DNA from: Oikopleura dioica
Taxonomy: Eukaryota; Animalia; Chordata
DNA: 64,000 bases
Reading direction: 5' to 3'
NCBI GenBank assembly: GCA_907165135.1
Contig: OU015567.1
Location: 11,966,001-12,030,000 of the forward strand
Below the pieces are notes generated by a model. The model was not told where the DNA came from. It searched no databases and saw nothing but the letters and a program-made list of their open reading frames with translations. The translations under genes were made by a program, and so were the position numbers. Positions 39,301-51,536 of the stretch are shown here, in pieces (within the stretch, counting starts at the first letter, position 1; each line of letters opens with the position of its first letter).

Positions 39301-42300
39301 CCTCCGCCAGTTGGTCCGACCAACATGACACCGTGTCGTACAACCATAGTTTCGTATAGCTGGATGACTTTCGAGGATTGGGCAGGGATGACCTGCAAGT
39401 CTTTTGCAGCAGTGCATTCTTCAATAGTCTTCAAGAAGATGCCATAATCGTGCTCTGGAATTTCAACGCCAGGGAACAGATCAGATAGAATTGCTTTGAA
39501 GAGGATCGCATCTTGCGTCAAGAACTTTGGCAAGTTAGAATCTCGCAGCGCTCGGATAAGGGTGACGTCTTCAACGATTTCGGGATTTTCTCGCTTGAGA
39601 GAACCGGCCATGACGAGGACAGATTTGACGGCACGCATACCGAAATCATAATGGTCTTGCTGCGAAAGCTGTTCGGAACAGAGTTTGTACATTTGGGTCA
39701 TCTTCTTGGCCAGAGGCTTGGAGTTTTCGAAACCTTCAGAGTACAAGATGACCTCAGCGATGAGACCGTAGTCGGGAACCATCATGGAAATTGGTCGGAA
39801 AAGCGCCTTCAAGTTGTCAGGAAGTTCCGTTCGTCCAGCGTAACCGGGGTTCATCGTAATAAACGCAGCGCAATTCTTCTCAAGTTTAATCTCTCGACCT
39901 TCGAAGAGGAAGCGAGTTAAGTTCTGGGCCTTGGCGTTTCTGATCGTCAAGATTTGTTGAGCAATGACAGACAAGACTTCAATACCAATACGGTTAAACT
40001 CATCGAAACAAGCCCATGCACCGGACTGAGCTAGACCAGAGAAGAATTTACCCATGATTTTGTAATCGAGATCTTCTGAGCAGTTGAAGACGACACATTG
40101 TGTTGCGAGACCCTTCGCCAAATCCTTGGTTGTTTCTGTTTTTCCAGTACCAGCGGGACCAGCTGGGGCGCCACCAAGATCAAGCTGCAAAGCGCCCATA
40201 AGACACAAGTAGCAGCGATCAGTGAGTGGGGTGATGACAAGTCGAGGACAAGCGCCGAGGTATTCGTAGGCGTAAACGTATCGAGAGGTACTCATACGGA
40301 CGACGCAGTTATCAATATCTGTCTCCCAGTAATATCGCATTTGTTTCAAAAATTCGAAACTATCACTGCGATCGATCTTTTGTGCGCAGAGCTCTGCAAT
40401 AATATCTCGAGCGTGGACGTCGATGGTGATGAGGGCTCCAAGAATAGCTCGATGAATTGGAGGAAGTTCTCGGCGGACAATCGCGGCGAGCTGATTCAGC
40501 CGACGGAAATTTTCCTTGAGGAATTCATCTAGAGCTGCGAGTCTGTCTCCGTCTTTTTCAAGACATTCAGTCAGTTCTTTTACCCAGTAGATTTGAGATA
40601 CAGTAAGGACGACTTGAGAAGCATGTCCGGCGACTGTCCACTCGGGGCGGTCTTTTTGCAAGAAATCAGCGATCGCAGCTTTGGTGAGTTTTCGCAAGTT
40701 AGCAATCATTGCTTCTTCGACCTTTCCTAACCACTCTTCGACGTTACCTCGGGCCTTGAGACCTTTTCCGAGACTGACCACTTCTTTCTCGGGAGATTTC
40801 ATCGCAAGAATATCAGTCGTCGCGACCATTTCGCCAGTTGCCTTGTCTTTAGCTTGGCCAAACTCGAGCGAAGCGATTGCGTCGAAGCATTTTCGGAGAT
40901 GAGGTTGTACAGCGAGAGGATTCCTTGTCTGAGCAAGGATTTCAAGAAGCTCATCGTTGGACAAGAAATAGAATCGAGGGAACACCGCTCGCTTGGACTC
41001 GAGATATTGCTCCAAGCATTTTTGAATTTGATCGAGGAGGTTGTTATTGTTCTTGAAAGCTTCAAGAAGACCGGGCGTAGTGGATGAACGAAGGGCGACA
41101 GGAAGTCTGTTGACTTTTCGCATAATGTCTTTCCATGATTTGTCGACAGCCAAGAACATTTTTGCTTCAGCAGGCAGTTGTCGCTGAATGTCGGGCGCGG
41201 AGAAAATCGACTCAAGGTAAAGCCAGTTTCTTTGACACGTGAGCCACTCTTCAAGCGTTTCATTCATCAGGTTCAAGTTCTTTTGCCACTCTTCGACCTT
41301 TTCTCGAATCGGGCCGACGTATCTGGATGAAGCAATAGTTGCTACTGCAACTCGACTGTCATCAAGCTGCACTTGAATTTCGTCAGTTCCACCAAGAATA
41401 AATACATCTTTTGAATCTCGATGAGGGAGAACAACGTATTCAGCCGTTTTCCAAATGTCTTCGACTTTCTTCAGCATAAGAACAAGTGCTGCTTCACCAG
41501 ATGCTTGTCCAGAAACTTCTTCGATCTCTTCTGTGTGTTCGAATGCTTCCCATTCGTCCAAAAGCTTCAGAGTGAGTTTTTGTTCTGAATCTTCTGCGGG
41601 AAGTTCTTGTCCAAGAATTTCTTCGATCATCTGCCAATGACGGGGTTTGAAAGCATCGTTTCGCAAATTTGTGATGACCGACATTCGATCTTTCTGTTTC
41701 TCGACTTTCTTTTTCAGAATTTTTACCACATCGTTTGGTGGGAGACCCTTATCCAACTGATGGGCATATTTTGCGTATTTTTGAACGACGGTTCCCATCT
41801 CATCCGGATCAATGGTGTTGAATTCAAGATCGTACCATTCAACAAGGAGGTTATCCCACTCTTCCATCGAGTTCCAGAGCAGCTCCTTGAGTCGAAGCTC
41901 AGCGTGGACTTCTTCGAGTTCTTCATACTTGGTGACTTCAATGCTGAATTTTTTCTGATACGTTCGGTACTCATGAGCTCGGTCTTGCATGCCATTGATG
42001 CTCTCAACAAGTCGTTGGACTTTTTCGAGTATGACTTTTCGCTCTGCTTCGGCATCGAGAATCTGAGGATCTTGGATTTCAAGCTTCGTGTCTTTCAGCT
42101 CCTTGTTCATTTCTTCGATGTCCTTTTCAATCAAGCCAGCGAGGTTGTCCACAAATTTGTCTCGGTCAGAAACACACTTGTCGATCGCTGTCCTGCAGTC
42201 CATGACGGCTTGTTTGAGAAGTGTCTGGAATTGAGCAAGATCTTCTGGCGGAATAGGAACTTGGAAGTTCTCCATAAGTTCGTACATTCCTGTAACGATG

Positions 42301-45300
42301 TTGGTCTGTTCTTCAATCGGTTCGATTCGCTGCTGAATTTCATCCAGGAATGTGAGGAGCTTGACGTAGTCCACTGTGCTAGCAAGTTCTGATTCCAGCT
42401 TGAATGTAGCTTGGCCAGTCTCGTCCATGATTGCGTCCATCTTTTTTCGAGCCAGCTTGGGCATAAGGTCGTGAACAGCTTGGAGGCATCTGAGTGGATT
42501 GGGGATAAGCGTGTTCTTGAATCCCTTGCAATCGAGATTTAAGAAGCCGATTGGGCGAGCATCAGGGACGGATAGAGCGTCAGCATGTTCTGAAGAGTAT
42601 TTTTTCAGGGCGCCGTTGAAGAATTCCACAGATGGATCAAGCTCCATGAATTCATCTTCTTGCAATCCTTCGTTCTCAAGGTAGAAGACGACCAGTTTAT
42701 CGAGAGTGTCACTGTACTTGAATGCAGATCTGAAAGCGCCTTCGAGACACTCTCGGATAGAAACAACGAGAGGCAAAAGGTGGAGATCATCTTTGAAAAT
42801 TGCCTGAAGAGAGGGTCCTTCGCCACATGTTTTCTCTTCGAAGTTCTTGTTAATCATTGGACGGGTAAACGCGTCGAAGTAGGGATCCGGGACAAGATTT
42901 GCGACGGACAGGACGGTGTTTTCGAATCCCTGGATAACTGATTTTACTGTCTCATTAAATTCGTCCAGCGAAGGCTTGTAAGTGAATTTGCCGCCTTCGA
43001 GGTAAAGAGAAGTGACGAATAAAGGCACAATTTCTTCGTCGGGTGCCTTGTAAGTCCAGTGGTCGAATGTTGTAGGAGTAACTAAAGTTTGGTTTATGTG
43101 GGTTATAAAGTGAATTTTTACCTTGAATCATTTTATCGAATCTTTCAAGAAGCTTTGTGACCGAGTTCATCGCAAGTGCATGCATCGTAGTAGTGATGAG
43201 ATAGTCGCAAAGTCTGATGAAGGACGTAAGTCTTTGACAGTGTTGACGCTTGTTCGCTTGCTGCGTGTAAGTCATCTTCTCGGGCTCATCGCCTTCGACA
43301 TCGTGTGACTCGCCGTTGTGAATGATCTGGCGATGGGCGTTCTCGGGCATTTCTTCTGGCACGTCGTAGTAAATGTCGTCCGGCAAGAAACCAGCATCCA
43401 GGAGAGCTTTGCTAAAGAAGGAGTGTAGAGGTTGAAGAGGAAACATCCTGCCTTGATAAATGAGATTTTCATGCAGAGGCTCTTTACCTGTTGGCATGTT
43501 TCAGAAAGATAAATGAGGATTCGATAAATGAGCGGCGGAAATAAATGAATGCCCTGCTTTATACCTGCAGCCGTCTTTAACAATAGGTTTCAAGGTCTTT
43601 AGTTCGTTTAACTTTTCAAGTGCCTCGCTGCAGATTTGCTCTTGTTGCTGTTTGAACTCGCTCAAACTGAAATGAAGGTTATTTACCGACAGGCGGTGCG
43701 CACGATCTCGCAGATGAGGCCGCGGAACTTGTCGAGCTCCTTCTCGACGTTCTGGAGGTAGTCGATCTGTTTCTGGAGGTATTCTTCGATTCTAAGAAAT
43801 TTGGGATTCAGAAATGTTAAAAATATTTCCTGTGTAAAACTTTTGAGTCAAATTAAGGAATCTATCTGAAATATTAAGAATGACTTACTGATAAGTTTTA
43901 TCCCGGTCGATGCGACAGAGAGACATATCGGATATCCTGTAGCACATTTCTCGAACATTTCCAAGCGCTGGACGGAGTGATTCATTAATTATGAAGCTAA
44001 ATACGGATACGGTATAATTATTTTCAAAGGAGCCCTTCTTACAGATTTTGCTCCAGTTGCTTTTTCGATTTCTGGAACTTGTCCTGGCGCACGTTTTTCC
44101 TCCATGTTTTAAACGCTTTTCCTCTGCGGAAGTTTTTGAATAGTGGAATCGTCATCAGCTTACAATAAGATGCATACTCGGCTCTCCACCTTGAGAGCTC
44201 GGTGATTTCTGTTTCGCCGTTTACCCGTCTGGTCACCATTTCGGGACCTAATTTAGGGATCGGACTCGCTCTTCTTCGAATATAAACTCAACGAATTTAC
44301 GATCCCTTTCCTATAGTAGTATGCTCTTGTTCTCCAATAACACTTTCCACTACCTTGATTGACCACATCGAATAATTCACGCTATTGCGATCAGCTCTAA
44401 AGTCATTCATTATCTTTTGAAATCAAGGAAGACTTTTTTTACCTCGGAACGATATATAGAAATCCAAGTTCTGGTCTGCGAGTTATTATGTCCGCAAGCA
44501 TTAAAGGGTCCGATATATCTGCAGAAATAATTTGCTGGATCAAGCCGTACTAAAGTTGGAAATTAATTTTCTGCGAGGCGGTGGGTAGGACTTACTCGTG
44601 AATGATCAGAAACTGGTACTTTCGTTAATTGCTCCAGTTTCTCCCTTGACTTAGCATCTGTTTCATCTTGGACCACGCTTGGTACAGGGCTACAGTAATC
44701 AATTAAGGAGGTAGATATCAAGAATCGGATTTCTTGTCAGTGTTTTCTCAAATTTTTAACATAGTGACCCCCTTATTTTTCTGCTCAAAATTTATTTCAG
44801 ATAATTATCTCTTTCCTATGGAAGCCAAAAATTAGGATTTCTTGAGCTTTCGAGGTGCTACAATGCAAATCTGGCACCTCCGATTGTCGTCAAAAAGCCC
44901 ATTTTAGGAAAGTCAGCGATCTTTGACGAAAAATTTTGTTAAAAATTTTCTTGAAAATCGAAATTTCGGTTTCCATAGGAAATAAAGAAAGGTCTAAAGT
45001 TTTTGTTTCCAAAGTAAAATAAGGGTGTCACTATTTTAACTTTGGGAGAAAAGTCTGACAGAAAATGGCGATTCTTGATATCTACTTCCTTAAGTTCTTG
45101 TTAAAAGGGATATGAATACCTAATTGGTTTTAGTCGTTTGACTGGTTTTGCGTTTGTGATTGGTGGTAACGCATCGCGCTGGCGCTTCCGCACCTCGTCT
45201 GGGTGCATGTATGTTCGGAACGAGTCCAGGTGTGGCAGCGGGTTAGGAGGCTGCTCCTTTTCCTCCTCGCCCGAGTGGTGCTCGGCACCAGCTTCGGGTT

Positions 45301-45470
45301 CCACGCGCCATCCGACGTTTAGCTCTCGACCTGGCACCCGTCGTTCCGGACGGGCTTGAAGCCGTTCCTACATAAATTTGTAAATAAAAAAATATAATTA
45401 AAATAAAATTAAATAATTAAAAGAGCAGTAAGAACCCCATACATACCTTTAAATTAGGTCGTGTCGGCAT
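30371..45470 (-). CDS. DNAH6: Axonemal (inner-arm) dynein heavy chain, DNAH6-like
   Basis: Four P-loops ([32 protein letters not shown]), stalk coiled coil, and C-terminus [28 protein letters not shown] matching DNAH6. ORFs 38676-43028 and 31758-37190 plus short exons. Start ATG at 45470 is tentative. Confidence 0.95.
37809..38449 (+). CDS. Nested antisense single-pass membrane microprotein (about 67 aa) inside a dynein intron
   Basis: Exon 37809-37901 [31 protein letters not shown] with gtaag donor. Exon 38339-38449 [36 protein letters not shown] after an aag acceptor. Phase 0/0. Confidence 0.6.
44707..45089. mobile_element. 383-bp foldback MITE with TTAA TSD and GG...CC ends (Kolobok-like), intronic in the dynein gene
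   Basis: TTAA at 44703-44706 and 45090-45093. GGAGGTAGATATCAAGAATC inverted as GATTCTTGATATCTACTTCC (1 mismatch). Arms remain alignable for about 140 bp. Confidence 0.8.
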
Positions 45471-45839
45471 CGCCGTAAATCGACTAACTGAAGTTTTCCC
45501 GTTTTTCGACCGACAACAAACCGAGTTCTAGAAAAATTCTCTTTTAGTAAACATTTAGTGATCACTGATAAGGCTCTGGAAAGAATTTCAAAGGATTTTC
45601 TTAATTTTAATTTGCGGAAAGAACTAAACAATTAGAAAACTGAAGCTCGAGCGTGGTTGCTATGGGGACTGTGACCGAGCAAATCATGACACTTTCCCTT
45701 GAACGATAAAATTAATAGAGAATAAAATGAAATGCTAAAATTACTGCAGTTAGCCTTTTATTTACGAGGAAATTTCGAAATAAAATAAATATGTCTGTAT
45801 TAACAATTCAATAAATAATTCCAGTAATCAGATTGAACC

Positions 45840-46685
45840 TAGCCTTCTTTTTGTTTTCAATGACCAGTTTTGGCATAGCAGGAGAATTCTTTACGTCTTC
45901 AACTCGTTGTGCTGAAATCTCTGCTCAATTCAAGCCGATTTACTTTTTGAAGTTACCGATGGCTCTTTCGTCGAGCTCGTACTGTACTTTTCGCGTTTGC
46001 TTCTCCATCTCATCAGCGAAATCAAGGAATTGATTGAGCACGTCATTTTTGTCGAGCTCAGGGCAGCTTCCCCAGTCTACTTTTTGCGCGAGTACTTCCT
46101 TTCAAAATGAGTAAGGATAAAATTGAAGAAGCAACTTTACCTTGTTGTAGTCAAAGTCAATAGCGATTCTTCGATTTGCTTCGTAAATTTCCGTCAATTC
46201 TAGCTCCACAGCTTTGTTCGCCAAAGTCAGTTCTTCTTTTTCTAATTCCGATTTCTCAGGATCGCCTGACATTTTCAACTCGTCTCGCATTGCGCGTAAT
46301 TTTCGCAGTCTATTCGCGAAGGAATTGTATTCTAAAATGGCCCAAAGTTCAAGCGAATAAAAAACAAGGGAGTACCGTCGAGTGCTTTTGGAGTAAGATG
46401 TTTTACTTTGGCATATTCGAATGTTTGTAGAACGGTTCCTCCTAGATAGACGATCTTTTGCTCTGTCGGATCGTTTGCTATTCGAACTTCCTTTCTCCTA
46501 GTTTCTACAGAATTTTCTTAGTGCTGCAATGAAAATTGGTAAAAACAAGTTCCTTGAGCTCTTGGGCGAGTTTTCGCAAATCATTTCTCGTCTTTTTGTA
46601 CTCAGCTGATATTTTCAAAGTCTTGTCGAACTGAAACTGAGTACAAACCACTTCCCTCATAAAAAGGACTTACCGGTGCACTCAT
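45840..46685 (-). CDS. Small multi-exon gene of unknown function immediately upstream of the dynein gene
   Basis: ATG AGT GCA CCG|gtaag at 46685. Helical/coiled-coil-like exons (e.g. 46102-46290) with GT-AG boundaries. No family recognised and 3' end uncertain. Confidence 0.45.
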
Positions 46686-46872
46686 CGTTGCCTGACTTTT
46701 AAACAACAAACTGAAGATCAGCTAAGACCAGGCCGCTGAAAATTTAGATCAACAGATCGAGATTCTAGAGATCGCAAACCATTATTTAACAAGATGAATT
46801 TAAATTCTTTTGACTACTTCCGCTTCTGGGATGGAAATGACGCATAATAAGTCGAATGAATAAATAGAGAAA

Positions 46873-48482
46873 ATGGGAAAGAAAAGTTCTTTTTTGACAA
46901 AACTATTTGCCCAGGGAGCAGACGAACCTGATCCAGCTGAAGAAGGATTTATTCTTAATTCGATCACCTTCAACTTGGCGAAGCTGATTTTTGCTCCGAG
47001 TCTTCCTGCTGGGTTTTCTTATTGCAACCTTGATCCTCGAAACGACGAAGACTTTCGGGAGATTTCGGGTTTGCTCAGAGGGCATTTTATTAAATCCAAA
47101 CGAACTGATGCGTCTTTTACCCTTTATTACCCAGATCCCGTTCTACGCATGGTTCTCTATCGCACGCCCCCAGAGTTCAACGTCGGAATCCGATTTGAAT
47201 CAGGTTTACTGTCCGAAATGTGGAAAAATGACGTCGATGACTTTCGTTTTGGAAAGTAAAAAAGAGCTTATTGCGTATGCAAACATTATGCAGCAACAGA
47301 TTTCCATCAAGGGCAGAAATTCAAATGCTTTCCTTATTGATTTTCTGGTTGTTCACGGAGATTTTCGCGGGCGCAGGTGTCGAGTTTGGAATATTTAAGA
47401 GCTCATTACAGTTCAACGAACTTACAGGAAACTAACTCTAAATGAAGATTGACGCCCTGTCTTGCCGCCAAGGGGCTGCAGAACATGATCAAATCGTCGT
47501 CTTTTAACAAGGAATCCGTCGTACTTGTCACGTGCGCTTATGATCTCCCGCTCAAGAGGTACGTAAACTCTAGTAAACTATGAACTCCACTTAGAACCTA
47601 CTACTGTTATTGCGTTTTTCAGAGTGGCGCTGCATAAAATATACCACAGGCCGATTCGACCCATCAAACTTATGGGAGTTGGAATGATGCCGATCCAGAT
47701 TGATATTGACAAGTGCAGGCAAAAGTTTAGCTTGAAAACTGGAAAGAACAGACTCAACATGGAAAGACTTCAAGCCAAAGATTCTGACAGCGCCAGACTG
47801 AGGCTTTATCACTTCCTTGAGGATGGCGATATCGCGCCAATTTTCAAGAAAACAGATTTCGAGCACTTTTTTCTTCGGTCAACTTTGTATTCTTGTTTTC
47901 ATCAATGCTATTGAAACTTTTTAGGGATGATGGTGCAACAGTGTCCTTTGTGTTGAAAGAAAACGAAGTTGTGAAAGATTTTGTGAGCTTTTATAGAGCC
48001 GACACGGAGATAAAAGACGAAGATGGTGAAATCGGAAAGGAAAAAGGTGACCAAAAGTAGCATAAGACTCTTATGATAAGAGCTAATTAGCGACAAAAAG
48101 GCATCTTGGATGAGAATTGATGAAATGAGCAGCCGTATGCTTTTAGACAATATTCTTACTTCGGCGGATTCATTATCAATTATTTGAGAAAGAGTAATGG
48201 TATTCTGGCTAATGTACGTTGCCAGTGATAGGCCAAAAGAAGTTGTCGAGAGTTGCTTGGAATCATTGAAAGATTTGGGCGGTGATATGCTCAACATTTC
48301 AAAGTAAAAGCAAATTTTTGTAACTATCAATATGTAGTAAAAGGGGTTCCATTGGAAAAGAGCATTTTCCCGACTTTGAAAGCAGCAATCTTTACCTGGA
48401 AGGAACCGGTACATTACGATATTACATGTTCAATTGGCGGAGCATCGGAGAGTATCCAAATGTTAAAATTACGCTTATATAA
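46873..48482 (+). CDS. Divergent glycylpeptide N-myristoyltransferase-like protein
   Basis: SLPAGFSYCNLD..FTLYYPDPVLRMVL..VGIR, LIDFLVVHGDFRGRR, IYHRPIRPIKL, IAPIFKKTDFEHFFL, KDFVSFY and GTGTLRYYMFNWR..KITLI* are collinear with NMT blocks (SLPQGF, EINFLCVHKKLRSKR, YWHRSLNPRKL, TDFLSFY, GDGNLQYYLYNWR). Confidence 0.8.
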
Positions 48483-48632
48483 AAAGACATCGTTTGAACT
48501 GACCCTTTGCTGAATAAATTAAACGCCTAAGTGCACTTTATTTTCAACAAGTTTTGTTTGGGTTCATGAACTCTGTCCTCTCATTACTTTCGCAAATAAA
48601 ACCAAACTTATTCTCATAAATCCAGCATTAAT

Positions 48633-49467
48633 GTCAATCAGAAAACACGAAGACGTACGCGGCAAAACTGGAGACATCTTCCGACATTCGACTGGCAAGA
48701 CGATCCACATATTTCCTCGATTCTCCGACCCGCTTACAGCAATCGACAGTAATTCACCGTCTGTCTAAAACTGTTCGGCTCACTGTTTATCGTTATGGGC
48801 TATTAATAATTCACCAAGCGTATTGTACGAGATCAGTACCGTCCCGTTTTTACCTTCCACAATTGGAAGTCAATCTGATTGAAGAAAAAGCTAAAGGGCC
48901 GTAAGTTCATGCTGCGCTAGAATCCATTTTGGGCTGGGTGATCGATCGAAGTTTAGCTTTTGAATCAAGCTGGAGAAAACTCAACATTCGTTGAATGAAG
49001 AAAATAAATAAATTAACGGATTCTCAAGAACCAAATCAAGCTCGAATTTGCCCTTGACATTACTCTAGAATTTTATCCTTTTTGATCATCAAGGACTCGT
49101 AGGATAAGTAAGAAAAGTTAATTTTGAAGATGCAAAACGCATTAGAAAAGAATCCGGAATAGAAAGAAATAGACTAAATATTAATGCTTTCAAAACTAAA
49201 ACAGAATATTACAGCTGGATAAAATCATACCCATCAAGCTGCCTTTCCAGTCGAGAGAGTCGATTTTAGAATAATGAAAAACAACTGAGAGACAAGAAGA
49301 AAATTTTCCAGTTGGCTGAAATCGCAGATGGACAAGTGTTCAAAAATACTCTAAAGTTTTTAGTCATTTCGCAAAGGTGGAATAAACAGAAACTCTTTTA
49401 TTACTCCTATAAATCGATTTCAGAGTTGAAAGCCCTGATTCAAAAGATCAGAAACAAGCAACTATAA
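48633..49467 (+). CDS. Possible multi-exon gene of unknown function
   Basis: Coding-like segments with gtaat/gtaag donors following the NMT-like stop. Frame not fully resolved. Confidence 0.3.
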
Positions 49468-49484
49468 GTTCAAATTCGGTAGTA

Positions 49485-49640
49485 CAGTCAGGGCTTGCAA
49501 TTTCACTGATATTCTTTCTGGGGTTTTCTCTTTCTTCGTGTAATTGCAAGCCCTAAAATGTACAAAATAGTGCAAATTGTTTTCAGGGTTTTTACCAAAA
49601 ACCGTGTATTTGCAAGGCCAGAAATTGCAAGCCCTGACTG
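49485..49640. mobile_element. 156-bp Tc1/mariner-type MITE
   Basis: Perfect 20-bp TIR CAGTCAGGGCTTGCAATTTC (49485-49504 and 49621-49640), TA on both sides (49483-84, 49641-42), plus an internal partial TIR copy near 49542-49554. Confidence 0.9.
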
Positions 49641-51536
49641 TATATTCGACCATTGACACAAAAATTTATCCCCTTTCTGGTCTTCGAATTATTCAGCTTT
49701 TATCATCTCCGGTGCAATCTCCGGAGAACCTTTAATATTATCAAAGGTCGGGAATCTGGTCTTCTTTGGTCCAGAAATAACTTCGGCTTTCTCGTTTTAG
49801 ACAAGATTTTGAACATTTTCGCAGAGCATGGCTTTTTACGTTGCCCAAGACTTGTGCCTGGAGAAAAAGTTCTTTGGAAAATGGTCCGATAGAGCGACAA
49901 CCTGTAAGAAAGAGAGTGGTCATAAGAAATCTTCGAAAAATGCTGATGATGAAGGTAAGTCTGCAAAATATTTGTTTGATGAGCAATTATGTGATGGGCG
50001 GAACCGAACGATTGTGGGTGCTTCAAATAAAAGCGATCGTAAAGATCGTAATAAACAAATTGTAAAACGCGGAAGAAGGTTGTTGAGAAAGTCATATTCT
50101 GCGAATCGATCAACAAACTCAGTGGCAGTTTCACTTGATTTAGGGAGGAAAAGGGCTTTGGGCATACGCTGGTACAAGCGTAGCGCGCGCTTGCAAATTC
50201 GCGCCCGGGCGCCATCCCCCGGACAAGCGAGAGAATAAACCTGAAGGCAGACAGCTTGTTTTCTTCCGATATCCTTTTCTTTCAACTTTTTTTGGAAACT
50301 TGATATCGGGCAAATAATCGTTTTCCTTTTTTCAGAGAATCTTTGATTTAAAGAAAAAGAGGATTTTGGAAATCAAGGAAGAGAACCTTCGGAGATGATG
50401 ATTCTTAGGCTTGTTTTCTTCTTGTAATTTAATGGATATTGATGGTTGATGATAAATGGAGGGAGTAGAACTTGGGTAAATGGAATATTAACTCTGAGGT
50501 CAGCAGATTTGAGCCTTGATCTAGTGATCGATCGGTGACGTTCGGGATCACTTTCCATGTTCGAATTTTATCCCCCTGGGGAATTTATTGCCGTTGGACC
50601 AGAGGTTAGGGCCTATTGAATCAAATCGCTGAACTAAATGGGCAGTTAACAAATTATTCCAAAAGGGACGAGCCTTGACACGATGATCGCTTCTTGATTA
50701 TTTATCCCAAAGTTATCAGCTCTTTTTCAAGATTGAAAACATAAAGACTTTCTTGAGCAAGGGTCGTTTTTTCGAAAAATGGACCAGAAAAGAAGATGTG
50801 GGAGATATAATGAGAGATGAACGATATAGAATGTAGCTCGCTCTTGGACGAAGCTGATGCAGCTGAGCAAAAGACAGGTATTTTTCCGTCTGGAAAGTCT
50901 GATCCGGCTTATTGCGCAGATGGACTGCACCCAAATCGGGATTATCGTTACGAATACTATTATTTTTGCTTGAAAGAAATGAACCTTCTGCTTGATTGAA
51001 AATCCTGTTAGCCGTAGATGTAGGACGGTAGATGCGTGAATCGTGCGTCTATTAATGACGTCCTTAATCTTGGCAGATACTGCTTTCAAAATGTCGATAC
51101 TCCAATTAACGTGGCTACCGTCGTTTTTTTTCGTATCCTGGTAGCCACTATTATCTCGAAAGAGTATAACATTCAGAATGAACTTGCTCATTCATACTGG
51201 ATTGTCGATGGGTCAGCGAATTAATACGGCTCTTACGAACCAAAATGTACAGACATTATTAATGCGACATCTAATTACCTAACGAGAAGCTTAGCCCACT
51301 GACCAGAGAACAGACAACTGTACTGTCTATCAGACAGGCTTAAGAAAGCTTAACATGTGTAGAACAGGCGAAGAGGCTTCAGTTTCAGTCCCGATAATTT
51401 AATTTGATTCAGAGTTGTCCTTTTTTTGCTGTGTGAGGCTTATTGTCGATCGATTCAGCTGAGCAGAACGCAAATCTGACGGCTGCAATAAGTTCCTTAC
51501 GTCCCACAATGTCTGAAAAAAAATGCTAAGCCAAAT

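Noticed and set aside
31876-43583. Alternative-frame ORFs within the dynein gene
   Set aside because: Shadows of the dynein coding exons.
49653-51224. Cluster of overlapping ORFs on both strands
   Set aside because: Could not resolve a coherent gene or family; left uncalled.
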